The position numbers and the translations under genes were made by a program. The notes under the pieces were generated by a model that saw only the letters and a list, made by a program, of their open reading frames with translations, did not search any database and had not been told where the DNA came from. From NCBI GenBank assembly GCA_963769935.1, contig CAVYNY010000022.1:352001-416000 (forward strand): a stretch of 64,000 nt of DNA, given 5' to 3'. This document shows, piece after piece, positions 20,525 through 32,161 of this stretch (its first letter is position 1; the number at the start of each line of letters is the position of its first letter). Source of the stretch: an uncultured delta proteobacterium (lineage in GTDB: Bacteria; Desulfobacterota; Desulfobacteria; Desulfobacterales; JAFDCJ01).

Positions 20525-20660
20525 GGCTGGGATGCCGGAATGCTGGAAGGCTTTAATGGTCCAACTTAATGCATCTTTTTTGCCTTTTTCCCTATGAGCT
20601 ATGAGCTATCAGCTGACGCGCGAGCGTCCCACCTTCTCACCCTCTCACCTTCCCACCTTC
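20525..20660. repeat. Dispersed intergenic repeat, copy 2
   Basis: Near-identical to 16815-16990 by eye. Confidence 0.8.
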
Positions 20661-20692
20661 GTCTTTTTTCAGCTTCCGAGCCTCCCCGCCTC

Positions 20693-22777
20693 TTACCCTT
20701 TTCCCAGAATCCGGTCCAGCATAATCCGGGTGTCGGTGGTGGAATCGGTGCAGGAACCGTTGCGGCATACATGAGCGGTGGCCTTGCCTTCGATAACCTG
20801 CAACCCGTCGGTATATCCGGCAAACCGGGCCAGTTGCTCGGCATTTTGATCCGATTTAACAATGGCAACCTTGTTGGGTGCAAAATTAAGATTCAAGGCC
20901 GCCACCAATTGCCGGGTGTCCGTTGCCTGCGGTTCGCCGGTGATAATTACTTCCTGGCCCGGTTGCAGGGCAAAATCAAGCGCACCCAAAAAATGGGTAA
21001 AGGCCTGGGGTTGAGATTTTACCGTCCCGGCAAAGGCCCTAATCTGGGCTTGGGTCCGGTCTTCCCACCGCGGGTCGCCCGTCAATCTGAACAGTGTCAC
21101 CAGGTTGAACAAAGCCACCGAATTGGCCGAGGGTATGGCCCCGTCATACAGCTCCTTCGGTCGTACCGGCAGATCGACACTTTCGCCGGAAGTGGAGAAA
21201 AAACCGCCGTTTTTTTCATCCCAGAAGTCCTCTATCATAATTTCCTGCAGCGCGCGAGCTTTTTCGGCAATTGCCAGGTCAAATGTTGTCTGGTAAAGGC
21301 TTAAAAGTCCCTGAATTAAAAAAGCATAGTCGGAGGCCTGAGCTTTTACCGCCAGCTCACCGTCGCGGAAACGGTGGTAAAGGCGCCCGTTGCTATCCGT
21401 CATCTGCGTCAGGATAAACTCAACGGCCCGGCGGGCGGCAACTTCATATTCGGGCTTGTTTAAAATCCGCGCTCCCAGCGCCAGCGCCGCAATCATCAGC
21501 CCGTTCCAGTCGGTGAGGATCTTGTCGTCCTTTAAAGGATGAATCCGTTTCTCACGATGTTGAAACAGCCGGTCGCGAATTTTCTCCCATTCCTCGCGCA
21601 GTTGATTTTCCGGTACATTCAGTTTTACAGCCCATTTGTTCAGAGGAGCCGTCAGGTGCAGGATATTGGCGCCGGTTTTCTGACGGCTTGCTTCATCGAC
21701 AAAGTTGCCTTCCGGACTTAACCTTAAGATTGTTTCCCACCGCGATGCGCTTTCACTGCCCAGCACCCGGCGAAATTCCTCTGATGTCCAAACGTAAAAC
21801 TTACCTTCCTCGCCCTCGCTATCGGCGTCTTCAGCCGAGTAGAAGCCGCCTTGGTCGGCGGTCATGTCCCGCAGGACATAGGTCAGGATATCGGCGGCCG
21901 TTTCGGCGAACAAGGCGTCTCTGGTAATTTGATAGGCTTCCAGGAAAGCGGTGGCGATCAGGGCCTGATCATAAAGCATTTTTTCGAAATGTGGCAACAG
22001 CCATCGCGCATCGGTGGAATAGCGATGAAAGCCGTAGCCGACGTGATCCCATATTCCGCCCAGACGCATAGCGGTTAATGTTTTTTGGACCATATCCAGG
22101 GCCTGCGCTTCTTCGGTGCGATGGTAAAAGCGCAACAAAAAAAGCAGTCGATGCGGGGTGGGAAACTTAGGCGCGGGTTCAAACCCGCCATGCTGCGAAT
22201 CAAAGGATTTTTTTATCTGCGTGTAAGCCAGCTCCAGCAAAGCGACATCCGGCTCCTCGGATGAGGTATAGGCAAAAGCCCGATCCAGATTGGCGGCAAT
22301 GCTGGTGGCCGAGGTTTCGATCTTTTCATTTTGGTTGGACCAGAGGTTTTTTACCTGCCGGCAGATGTCGATAAGGCCTGCCCGGCCTTGACGGCTTAGT
22401 TTGGGAAGATAGGTGGCGGCAAAAAAAGGTTTTTTTTTAGGGGTCATGAAAATGCTCAAGGGCCACCCGCCGCTTCCGGTCAGCATCTGGCAGGCAGCCA
22501 TATACACGGCGTCGATGTCGGGGCGTTCTTCGCGATCCACTTTAATGCAGACAAACGTATCGTTGAGATATTCCGCGGTTTTCTGATCTTCAAAGGATTC
22601 TTTTTCCATGACATGGCACCAGTGGCAGGTGGCGTAGCCGATGGAAAGAAAAATGGGTTTGTTTTCGGCGACGGCTTTGGCAAAAGTTGCCTCGGACCAG
22701 GGGTGCCAGTCAACCGGATTATGGGCATGCTGGATCAGATAAGGACTTTTTTCGTTGATGAGATGGTTGGGAGACAT
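20693..22777 (-). CDS. Thioredoxin-domain protein, YyaL/Ssp411 family
   Basis: '[21 protein letters not shown]', 'CHWCHVM', '[10 protein letters not shown]', 'PHFEKMLYD'. Confidence 0.95.
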   Translation of the reverse strand: MSPNHLINEKSPYLIQHAHNPVDWHPWSEATFAKAVAENKPIFLSIGYATCHWCHVMEKESFEDQKTAEYLNDTFVCIKVDREERPDIDAVYMAACQMLTGSGGWPLSIFMTPKKKPFFAATYLPKLSRQGRAGLIDICRQVKNLWSNQNEKIETSATSIAANLDRAFAYTSSEEPDVALLELAYTQIKKSFDSQHGGFEPAPKFPTPHRLLFLLRFYHRTEEAQALDMVQKTLTAMRLGGIWDHVGYGFHRYSTDARWLLPHFEKMLYDQALIATAFLEAYQITRDALFAETAADILTYVLRDMTADQGGFYSAEDADSEGEEGKFYVWTSEEFRRVLGSESASRWETILRLSPEGNFVDEASRQKTGANILHLTAPLNKWAVKLNVPENQLREEWEKIRDRLFQHREKRIHPLKDDKILTDWNGLMIAALALGARILNKPEYEVAARRAVEFILTQMTDSNGRLYHRFRDGELAVKAQASDYAFLIQGLLSLYQTTFDLAIAEKARALQEIMIEDFWDEKNGGFFSTSGESVDLPVRPKELYDGAIPSANSVALFNLVTLFRLTGDPRWEDRTQAQIRAFAGTVKSQPQAFTHFLGALDFALQPGQEVIITGEPQATDTRQLVAALNLNFAPNKVAIVKSDQNAEQLARFAGYTDGLQVIEGKATAHVCRNGSCTDSTTDTRIMLDRILGKG

Positions 22778-22993
22778 GAATTACTCCTTTTGTGTTTAGG
22801 ACAGTCATTACGCCGGTTATATCAGAGCGTGTTTTGTCTTGCGGATGAAATAAAGCAAGGAGGCGGGGAAGCCGGGCGGCCGGAAAGCCTGGCTGCAAAA
22901 AAACCACCCTTGCGCTTCCTGTTTCAAGCTTCCCCGCCTCTTGGCCTATCTGTTAATATAGGCACGGAGAATCTTATTGGCAATTAAGTAATA

Positions 22994-24628
22994 TCAGCGG
23001 TTTTTCAAATGAGGGTAAGCAGGATAGGTGGTGAGCCGGGAATCTTCAATCGGCTTTCCCACGGTAAAGTGATACAGACTCTGATATCGATGGCCTTTGG
23101 TTCCCAGCACTTCATGCACGGCATCGTCAAAGAAACACCCGATACCGGTGCCGCGAACCCCGTGGGCTTCGGCTTCCAGGTATAAAACCTGGCCGATCAT
23201 CCCGGTTTCCCAAAAAAGCTGCCGGTAGCGATAGGGCGCGCTGCAAATCGCAGCGTTAAACACGGCAATCATGCCCAGCGAAAAAGCGCCGTCGCCGGCG
23301 ATATCCTGATGGCAGCTCACCAGCGTGGCCTGCTGCCGGAAATTTCCCTTTTGCAGCAGATAAAGCGGAAAATCCTTTTCGATCGACTGCCAGACAAAGC
23401 CTTCATCGGCGGACTTTTTCAGCAGGTCGATATCTTTTGCTCTTCGTAGAAAACAATATAAACCAGGTGCCAGGTCCGTCACGTGATGGAGGAAAATGAG
23501 CAGGTGAATTGAAGGCTGCGTGAGTTCTACATCAAAGGGTGCACAGGTGTTGCGGGGTTGGGTTTTATCCAGTATGGCCAGAAATTGGGTTTTGCTCATC
23601 GATCCGCTGCGGTCAAGCGCGGTGGCGCTGCGCCGTCGGCGGATGATCTGAGCGGCGGTGAGTTGGCTGGTCGCTTGATAATGCCAATCCTCATGGCCGA
23701 AATCGTATTTTTTTTGTGGGGTTGCCGGCTTGCGGGTCAGATTTGCAGTTTGGTAAATGATCTGCCAGTTGATCCGTTGTTTGCTCAGGGTGTTGGGTAT
23801 GCCCGTAAAGGCCAACCGACCAAAATCTGTAACGACGGATCGCGGCAGCGAACGGGGAATATCAGACCGGTCATTGGAATGCACGAAGCATAATAAATCC
23901 GGATATTCTTTTTCCAGATCTGCAAAGCGGGTCTTCTCAAATCCCAGTATGGTATCAAGGGCATCATCTGAGAGTCCGTTCAGATACGTCGCTTTCCAGC
24001 CGAACAGGTTGGCGGCAATACTGAGAGCGGCCAGGGCATGTCCGACATCGTGATTGCAGTAGCGAAAGGCGCGCTCCCCGTATTTCCAGGATTCACGCCA
24101 GAAAATACTGCTCAAGCCGATCAGAAAGCCGCTGCCTCTGAAATGCGTCAAAATTTGCTGCTGAATCTCTGCGGTAAGCAGGGCCCGTTCTTCCAGGCAA
24201 TGGGTTAAAGCGTTGTAGTGATAGATTCCTGCCGGCACTGTATCGAGTTGCGGCAATATCAGGTGGGCTTCGGTGGGATGAAGATTGCCGCTTGAGGGAT
24301 TCATGCGCAGAGCCCATTGCGATCCACCCACGGCTTTCCAGGCCGACAAACCCAACGACAGCTCCAGAACCCCCGCGACAGTTTCGATGGTAAATTCCCG
24401 GGCAGGGTTGTTGTCCCGCCGGTACAAATCCGGATGCGCCGCTGCGGGGTCTTTTTTTAGAAGCGGGAGTTCGACAATTCGTGTTTTTTCGTAGAAGCGG
24501 AACGGATTCGGCTGGTTTTCCCAGTCCATATATCCCGCAGATCTGGCATAGTTCCTGAAATGGTGCTTGGTTTCTTCGTGGTAGCGAACAATGTCTGCGA
24601 CACTATTTTTGCCATCAACAGGTGTCAT
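22994..24628 (-). CDS. SagB/ThcOx-family double nitroreductase-domain protein
   Basis: 'YHEETKH', 'LRMNPSSGNLHPTE', 'WKYGERAFRY', 'GTGIGCFFDD'. Confidence 0.85.
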   Translation of the reverse strand: MTPVDGKNSVADIVRYHEETKHHFRNYARSAGYMDWENQPNPFRFYEKTRIVELPLLKKDPAAAHPDLYRRDNNPAREFTIETVAGVLELSLGLSAWKAVGGSQWALRMNPSSGNLHPTEAHLILPQLDTVPAGIYHYNALTHCLEERALLTAEIQQQILTHFRGSGFLIGLSSIFWRESWKYGERAFRYCNHDVGHALAALSIAANLFGWKATYLNGLSDDALDTILGFEKTRFADLEKEYPDLLCFVHSNDRSDIPRSLPRSVVTDFGRLAFTGIPNTLSKQRINWQIIYQTANLTRKPATPQKKYDFGHEDWHYQATSQLTAAQIIRRRRSATALDRSGSMSKTQFLAILDKTQPRNTCAPFDVELTQPSIHLLIFLHHVTDLAPGLYCFLRRAKDIDLLKKSADEGFVWQSIEKDFPLYLLQKGNFRQQATLVSCHQDIAGDGAFSLGMIAVFNAAICSAPYRYRQLFWETGMIGQVLYLEAEAHGVRGTGIGCFFDDAVHEVLGTKGHRYQSLYHFTVGKPIEDSRLTTYPAYPHLKNR

Positions 24629-24650
24629 TGGGAGGTGTCATTGGGCGGGA

Positions 24651-24682
24651 AAAAAAGGCAACACCTTCGGGTGTTGCCTTTT
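24651..24682 (-). terminator. Intrinsic terminator after hesB-like gene
   Basis: aaaaaaggcaacacc-ttc-gggtgttgcctttt hairpin with A/T tracts. Confidence 0.8.
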
Positions 24683-24705
24683 ATGCTGTCTGCCAAATTG
24701 AATTA

Positions 24706-25017
24706 TCAACTGCAACTGCTGCCGCAGCTTGAGCATGACGATGCCGGTCCGAAATCGATGTTGGAGCTTATTTTAAACCCATACCCTAAAAAATCCACCG
24801 TCACGGGCCTGGCCTTTTCGTCAAAATCCTTATCCAGGACAAATTGAAATCCATTAACATCGTACACATTATCTGTTTTTTTGGGCTCATCCAGAGCCAT
24901 TGCCAATGAAGGGCCGCCTCACCCGCCCTCATTGAGAAAAATGCGAATCGGAACGATTTCGCGATCCTTAAAATATTCTGAAATTTGCTGGCTTGCTGCT
25001 TCGGTAACCTCTACCAT
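24706..25017 (-). CDS. HesB/IscA-like selenoprotein, 103 aa (Sec33)
   Basis: MVEVTEAASQQISEYFKDREIVPIRIFLNEGG-U-GGPSLAMALDEP...SCSSCGSSCS; AGGAGG RBS; TGA at 24919-24921; GGCTC-TGGAT-GAGCC hairpin 20 nt downstream. Confidence 0.9.
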
Positions 25018-25166
25018 ATCATCCTCCTTAAACTGAAATATGATCAGCGCAATTCAACTGGCGGGAATGGACCTGATCGTGAAATTTTACCCACATGTTA
25101 ATTACCTGGATCAATTTTGTCAATGGCTATTATCCGATTCGAGTGATGTCCCGTCCGCGCGCCGGT

Positions 25167-25694
25167 CTATGCACCTATGGAGCGAATATAATCTTGATAG
25201 ACCTTCAGATCCCCGGGAGAAAAAAGCATAAAAATCACTTTTTTGACGGACGTATCGGATCCAAGAAAATCGCAGGCCGTGTCCACCGCAATTCGACAGG
25301 CTTGCTCGATGGGGTAGCCGTACACCCCGCAGCTGATGGCCGGAAATGCTATCGAGGCCACGTTGTTTTCAGCTGCAAGCTTCAGGCTGTTGCGGTAGCA
25401 TGCGGTCAGCAGTGTCCGGTCCCGCGGTTTGCCGCTATAAACCGGGCCCACCGTGTGAATAACAAAGCGGGCCGCAAGGTTATAACCTCCGGTTAATCGG
25501 GCTTCGCCGGTGGGGCAGCCGCCCAGGCGGCGACACTCTTGCAGCAGCCCCGGTCCCGCTGCCCGGTGAATGGCACCGTCAACGCCTCCGCCGCCCAGCA
25601 GGGATGTGTTGGCCGCATTGACAATGGCATCTACATCCAGCCGGGTGATGTCCCCCTGTTTGGCTTCTATTTTATCCAGAATATTTTTTTCCAT
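25167..25694 (-). CDS. Macrodomain O-acetyl-ADP-ribose deacetylase (YmdB-like)
   Basis: 'GDIT', 'IVNAAN', 'GGGGVDGAIHRAAG', 'HTVGP', 'FPAISCGVYGYP'. Confidence 0.95.
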   Translation of the reverse strand: MEKNILDKIEAKQGDITRLDVDAIVNAANTSLLGGGGVDGAIHRAAGPGLLQECRRLGGCPTGEARLTGGYNLAARFVIHTVGPVYSGKPRDRTLLTACYRNSLKLAAENNVASIAFPAISCGVYGYPIEQACRIAVDTACDFLGSDTSVKKVIFMLFSPGDLKVYQDYIRSIGA

Positions 25695-25798
25695 TGCTTC
25701 CCCCATAAACGGAGTTTATTGAGTGGCTAGGGTTTATAGAGTTGATTCAGTTGATAGGTGACAGCTCATAGGAAAATTCATTTATGCCGACCGATTTC

Positions 25799-25852
25799 GT
25801 AGGGCGGGCCTCCGTGCCCGCCGAAATGGGTCGGCACGGAGGCCGACCCTAC
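25799..25852. repeat. GTAG-type REP doublet (REPIN-like)
   Basis: GTAGGGCGGGCCTCCGTGCCCGCC ... GTCGGCACGGAGGCCGACCCTAC inverted pair. Confidence 0.75.
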
Positions 25853-25939
25853 GCCAGCGCCAAACCAAAGTTTCTTTTATGATCAGACCGACATTTATTT
25901 TGGCCAGCGATCCGCCGGCGGAACCCCTGAAACCTTAAT

Positions 25940-26434
25940 CTAAAGATCATACAAGGTTTCATCTCTGGTCGGAGCGGGGCGCTTCATGCCTTTGGCAGCA
26001 CCTTTTTTCTCGGGCAATGCAAACGGATCTTCCTGCTCCAGGAGATCTCCCATTTCGGCTTCGATGGCCTCAGGATCCTCGCCGGCTTCCATGCGCTTTA
26101 ATGCTTCCTGCATTCCGGCTCCGAGTTGAAGTCCCGTCATATCCGTCAATTTGCGCATCAGATTGGCGGCCTGACGGGGATCATCCTCGTTAATATTTTC
26201 GGCTTCACCGGCCAACATTTGCATGGCTTTTTCCATTTTGCCTTCGTCAAGGGGCAGGTCGTCTAACTCACCGTCTTCTTTGGCTTTACCGGTAAAGGCA
26301 AATTTAGACATCTGTCTGGAAAGCGTTTTTGTTTTACATTTAGGGCAATTCGGTTTCTTACGGGTGTTGACGGTCCTTGAAAAGAAATTAAAAATTGTAT
26401 TGCAATCCTCACAGAAAAACTCGTATATCGGCAT
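25940..26434 (-). CDS. FmdB-family zinc-ribbon protein
   Basis: 'MPIYEFFCEDC...CPKC'. Confidence 0.85.
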   Translation of the reverse strand: MPIYEFFCEDCNTIFNFFSRTVNTRKKPNCPKCKTKTLSRQMSKFAFTGKAKEDGELDDLPLDEGKMEKAMQMLAGEAENINEDDPRQAANLMRKLTDMTGLQLGAGMQEALKRMEAGEDPEAIEAEMGDLLEQEDPFALPEKKGAAKGMKRPAPTRDETLYDL

Positions 26435-26690
26435 GATTTCTCCCTCTTGTCTGCATGTGCAATCCATATCTATAACGTTTCGAAAGAATTATAAAATCTG
26501 ATAAAATCTTTGTCAACTGAATAAGATGAGCGCTTCGCTCAAGGATCCCCGCCGGCAAGCGGATTTTGATGCGGTTTTGCCATCAGCCGGGCCTCAAGCA
26601 GCGCAGCATTCATTTCTTCACGGTTGACTTGCAGTCCGTCATTTGTTATGCCACCGGGGACCAAATATAACCGGAAAGGATTTTTATATT

Positions 26691-27131
26691 ATGGAAAAAA
26701 CACTTTCAATCATTAAGCCGGATGGTGTCCAGCGTGGACTCATCGGCCAAGTCGTCAAACGGCTGGAAAAGAGCGGTCTAAACATCGTGGCCATGAAAAT
26801 GATCCACATGACCAAAGAGCAGGCCAAGGGCTTTTACGCAGTGCACCGGGAGCGGCCCTTCTTTGAGAGCCTGACGGATTTTATGAGTTCCGGCCCGGCG
26901 GTCGTCATGGTTTTGGAAGGGGAAAACGTTATTGCCAGATATCGTGACTTGATGGGCGCCACAAACTATAAAGAAGCAGCTGAGGGTACGATTCGAAGAG
27001 AATTTGCCACCGACATCGAAAAAAATGTGGTTCACGGTTCCGACGCACCGGAGACGGCCGCCTTTGAAATATCATATTTTTTTAATCAATTTGAAATCGT
27101 AAATGTCCAAGCCCACCAAAATAAATCTTGA
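26691..27131 (+). CDS. ndk: Nucleoside diphosphate kinase
   Basis: 'IIKPDGV', 'GATN', 'NVVHGSD'. Confidence 0.97.
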   Translation: MEKTLSIIKPDGVQRGLIGQVVKRLEKSGLNIVAMKMIHMTKEQAKGFYAVHRERPFFESLTDFMSSGPAVVMVLEGENVIARYRDLMGATNYKEAAEGTIRREFATDIEKNVVHGSDAPETAAFEISYFFNQFEIVNVQAHQNKS

Positions 27132-27879
27132 TAACATCTCAATTGTTTTACACCGTACGCGTTTTCCCGAAAACATTGGGGCTGCCGCCCGGGCTATGCG
27201 CAACATGGGCATCTCGCAGCTGATCGTGGTGGAGCCTCAGAATTGTGATCTGACCAAAATCTGTAAGATGGCCACCCACGAGGCATTGGATGTGGTGGAG
27301 CAGATGAAAGTCTGCCCGTCGTTGAAGTCGGCTCTGGCTGAATTTAATTTTGTGGTCGGCACCACCGCCCGCCTGGGCGGGCAGCGGAAAGTCGTCAGTT
27401 CGCCGGCCAAACTGGCGCCGAAGCTTATTTCCCTTTCCGCTCAAAATCGAATTGCCATACTATTCGGACCTGAAGACCGCGGTCTCACAAATATCGATAT
27501 CCGTTCTTGTGATATTCTGGTTAACATACCCACGGCCGAATTCTCTTCCCTCAACCTGGCCCAGGCGGTTATGATCATGTGCTACGAGTTGTTTTGCTTC
27601 AGCCCGGATAAATCCGGGGAGTTTGCACCGCGTTTGGCCAACCGGCATGAACTTGACGCCATGTACGAACAGCTGAAAGATGTGCTGATGCGTATCTGTT
27701 TCATCAATCCGGAAAATCCGGATTATTTTATGAGCAACCTGCGGCATTTTGGCTCGCGCCTGCAGCTCCGGGCCAGAGAGGTGAGAATTATCCGAGGCAT
27801 TTGCCGGCAGATCGACTGGTATGGGCGCAAGTGTCACGCGGATGGACGCAAGCAGGGAAGGGAGGAGCCTGAGGATTAA
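27103..27879 (+). CDS. trmJ: TrmJ/TrmH-family SPOUT RNA methyltransferase
   Basis: '[14 protein letters not shown]', 'FGPEDRGL', 'SSLNLAQAV'. Confidence 0.85.
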   Translation: MSKPTKINLDNISIVLHRTRFPENIGAAARAMRNMGISQLIVVEPQNCDLTKICKMATHEALDVVEQMKVCPSLKSALAEFNFVVGTTARLGGQRKVVSSPAKLAPKLISLSAQNRIAILFGPEDRGLTNIDIRSCDILVNIPTAEFSSLNLAQAVMIMCYELFCFSPDKSGEFAPRLANRHELDAMYEQLKDVLMRICFINPENPDYFMSNLRHFGSRLQLRAREVRIIRGICRQIDWYGRKCHADGRKQGREEPED

Positions 27880-27961
27880 CCCGGACGAGCCGAGATAGAA
27901 AAGATGAACATCGAACATCCAACGTCGAATCTTCAAAGACGGATAAGTTTGGGAGGGGCAA

Positions 27962-29071
<1,110 letters not shown>

Positions 29072-29080
29072 TTATTTGAC

Positions 29081-30877
29081 TCAATCCGTGTCGGACTTGA
29101 GCACGGCCAGAAACGCCGACTGCGGAATCATTACTTTGCCGACCATCTTCATGCGTTTTTTGCCTTTTTTCTGCTTCTCGAGCAATTTGCGTTTTCGCGT
29201 AATGTCACCCCCATAGCATTTGGCGGTGACATCCTTGCGAAAGGCCGACACGGTTTTGCGAGCGATAATGTTGCCCCCGATGGCTCCCTGAATCGCGATT
29301 TTAAACATCTGACGCGGAATTTCATCGTGCAATTTTTCGCAGGCCGTTCGTGCGCGGGCAACGGCATTGTCTCTGTGCACAAGCAGGGATAAGGCATCCA
29401 CCCGTTCGCCGTTGATAAGTATGTCAACTTTGACCAGGTCCGTGGGCCTGAAATCGATTAAATCATAATCAAAGGATCCATAGCCCTGGGTTACTGATTT
29501 GAGCCGGTCATAATAATCATAAACCACCTCCGCCAGAGGCAATTCGAAAATCATCTCGAGCCGGTCGCTGGTGAGATACTGATAATTTTTATTTACCCCG
29601 CGCCGATCGAGGCTTAATTTCATGACCGCTCCCATGTAACGGTCCGGCACGATAATCGAAGCTCGAATAAAAGGCTCTCTGGTTTCGGCGATGAGGGTCG
29701 GATCCGGGTACAGGGCCGGGTTGTCGATGGTTTTTTCAGCTCCGTCATTCATACGCAAGTGATATTGAACTGAAGGTGCGGTGAGAATCAGAGAAAGGTC
29801 GTATTCCCTTTCGAGTCTTTCCTGGACGACTTCCAGATGCAACAGACCCAGAAATCCGCAGCGGAAGCCGAATCCCAGTGCAACGGAAGTGTCTTTTTCA
29901 TATATCAGGGCGGCATCATTTAATTTGAGTTTTTCAATTGCGATCGCCAAATCTTCGTATCCATCAGATGCCACAGGATAGATGGAGGAGAAGACCACCG
30001 GCTTGGCTTCCTTGAAGCCGGGCATGGGCGCATCGCAGGGCCTGTCCTTTAATGTGATGGTGTCTCCGCAGCGGGTATCGCTGACGGTCTTGATGCCCGC
30101 TGTCATATAGCCTACCTGGCCGGCGGACAGCTGTTTTTGTTTTATCATGGCGATTTGAAATAAGCCGACTTCTTCAACCTTGTAGGTCGCATTGTTGGAC
30201 ATGAAACGGATTCGGTCCCCGGTAGCCAGACACCCATGGAAGACCCTGAGGTGTACGATGGTGCCGCGATAAGAATCATAATGGGAGTCAAAAATCAGGG
30301 CTTTCAGCGGCAAGTCGGGGTCACCGGTCGGCGGCGGCAATCTGAGGACAATTGCCTCCAGCAACTCTTCGATCCCGATTCCCTCTTTAGCGGATATTAG
30401 AAGGGAGTCATCCGGATTCAGACCGAGATCGTCTTGTATTTGTTCTTTTACACGGTCAATATCTGCCGACGGCAAATCTATTTTATTGATGACCGGAATA
30501 ATTTCCAGGCTATGCTCCATGGCCAGATACAGGTTGGCCAAAGTCTGGGCTTCAACGCCCTGACTAGCGTCAATCACCAGGAGGGCACCTTCGCAGGAAG
30601 CGAGGGAGCGTGAGACTTCATAGGAGAAATCAACGTGGCCGGGAGTGTCGAGAAGATTTAAAAAATAGGATTTACCGTCTTTGGCGACGTACGGCAGACT
30701 CACCGTGTGGCTTTTGATAGTAATGCCGCGTTCCCTTTCAATATCCATGCTATCGAGAATCTGGTCCTGAAACTCCCGCGCGGAGATAATATTCGTAGCT
30801 TGAATGAGTCGGTCTGAAAGGGTAGATTTACCGTGATCAATATGGGCGATGATACTGAAATTTCTTATATTTTGCAT
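29081..30877 (-). CDS. lepA: Translation elongation factor 4
   Basis: '[17 protein letters not shown]', '[11 protein letters not shown]', '[14 protein letters not shown]'. Confidence 0.98.
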   Translation of the reverse strand: MQNIRNFSIIAHIDHGKSTLSDRLIQATNIISAREFQDQILDSMDIERERGITIKSHTVSLPYVAKDGKSYFLNLLDTPGHVDFSYEVSRSLASCEGALLVIDASQGVEAQTLANLYLAMEHSLEIIPVINKIDLPSADIDRVKEQIQDDLGLNPDDSLLISAKEGIGIEELLEAIVLRLPPPTGDPDLPLKALIFDSHYDSYRGTIVHLRVFHGCLATGDRIRFMSNNATYKVEEVGLFQIAMIKQKQLSAGQVGYMTAGIKTVSDTRCGDTITLKDRPCDAPMPGFKEAKPVVFSSIYPVASDGYEDLAIAIEKLKLNDAALIYEKDTSVALGFGFRCGFLGLLHLEVVQERLEREYDLSLILTAPSVQYHLRMNDGAEKTIDNPALYPDPTLIAETREPFIRASIIVPDRYMGAVMKLSLDRRGVNKNYQYLTSDRLEMIFELPLAEVVYDYYDRLKSVTQGYGSFDYDLIDFRPTDLVKVDILINGERVDALSLLVHRDNAVARARTACEKLHDEIPRQMFKIAIQGAIGGNIIARKTVSAFRKDVTAKCYGGDITRKRKLLEKQKKGKKRMKMVGKVMIPQSAFLAVLKSDTD

Positions 30878-31083
30878 TGAGTCGCGATCTTGTAAATTCG
30901 CCTTGGCGCGTGTGATAGTTCGATAAAAATGATGATATCAGCAAGCCGGCAAAAGAAAGTTGACAGTGTTTATCTTTCCGGCTATACTTCAACATATAAT
31001 TAATAAATTTAGCCTTTTACCAATATTTACCGGCTTCTGTCAAGTCTGCAGTAGCTTTATATTGGTTTTATCCGGTAATTTCT

Positions 31084-32016
31084 ATGGCACCATCCAGCGG
31101 AAATATACGCGTCTTAATCGTCGATGACGAAGAGGCGGTGCGCAATACCATGAATGAGTATATCCAAACGGCCGGCTATATTTCCGAGGCGGTCTCCTGT
31201 GCCGAAGAAGCCCTGAAAATACTGAGGACCGACAACTTTCAGGTTGTTATCACGGACATTATCCTGCCTGCCATGGGCGGCCTGGAACTTACCAAAGCCA
31301 TCAAAAAGACCAAAGATTCCGATGTCATTGTGATGACCGGTTACAGCGATGACTATTCCTATGAAGAAGCGATCAATATCGGTGCCAGCGATTTCGTTAT
31401 TAAACCGGTCCGTCTCGAGGAGCTTTTGCTGCGGTTAAAGCGGGTCCTCAAGGAGCGCGAGCTCACCAAGGAGCGGGTCCGAATGATGGAAAAGCTGCAA
31501 AAGCTGGCTGTCACCGACGGTTTGACGAAGCTTTACAATTCAAGATCATTTTACTCCCAGCTGGAAACGGAGGTTGATCGCGTTAATCGTTACAAGCACC
31601 CGCTCTCACTGCTGCTGCTCGACCTTGATCACTTCAAAGATTACAACGATAACTACGGTCACCTCGAAGGCGATAAGGTACTGGTTCGATTCAGCCAGAT
31701 CATTAAATCCTGCTTGAGAACCAACGACTCAGCCTACCGCTACGGCGGAGAGGAGTTTACGGTTATTTTGCCGGAAACAGGCGGGGCAGAGGCCAAAACG
31801 GTTGGGCAGCGAATTCGAGCAGCGTTGGAAGCCGAGCGATTTTCACCGCCTAACGGAGAAGCGGTTACCATCACCATCAGCATCGGGGTTACGGAATACC
31901 ATCCCAAGGAAGAACTGTCTGCCTTTATCAAACGCGCCGACAAAGCCATGTATCTCTCCAAGCAGAACGGACGCAACAAGGTTTCCGCGCTTTATGCCGA
32001 GGACACTCATGAATGA
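31084..32016 (+). CDS. Response regulator-diguanylate cyclase
   Basis: REC ('LIVDDE', 'ITDI', 'KP') plus 'RYGGEEF'; RxxD I-site 'RTND'. Confidence 0.92.
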   Translation: MAPSSGNIRVLIVDDEEAVRNTMNEYIQTAGYISEAVSCAEEALKILRTDNFQVVITDIILPAMGGLELTKAIKKTKDSDVIVMTGYSDDYSYEEAINIGASDFVIKPVRLEELLLRLKRVLKERELTKERVRMMEKLQKLAVTDGLTKLYNSRSFYSQLETEVDRVNRYKHPLSLLLLDLDHFKDYNDNYGHLEGDKVLVRFSQIIKSCLRTNDSAYRYGGEEFTVILPETGGAEAKTVGQRIRAALEAERFSPPNGEAVTITISIGVTEYHPKEELSAFIKRADKAMYLSKQNGRNKVSALYAEDTHE

Positions 32017-32161
32017 TGGTATTGAAAGACGAATGACCGGTGACCAGTGACGAACAGTGGATGTCGCTGCGTTTGGCGATTTTTATGAAATCATTTTAAA
32101 TCGACAAAATCCTGATACATTCGTTCGGCATTCGACGTTCGACATTCGTCGTTCCCACCCC

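Noticed and set aside
22994..24628. RiPP (azole) biosynthetic cluster around the SagB-like gene and radical SAM
   Set aside because: No YcaO, precursor peptide or exporter nearby; the genes are not adjacent
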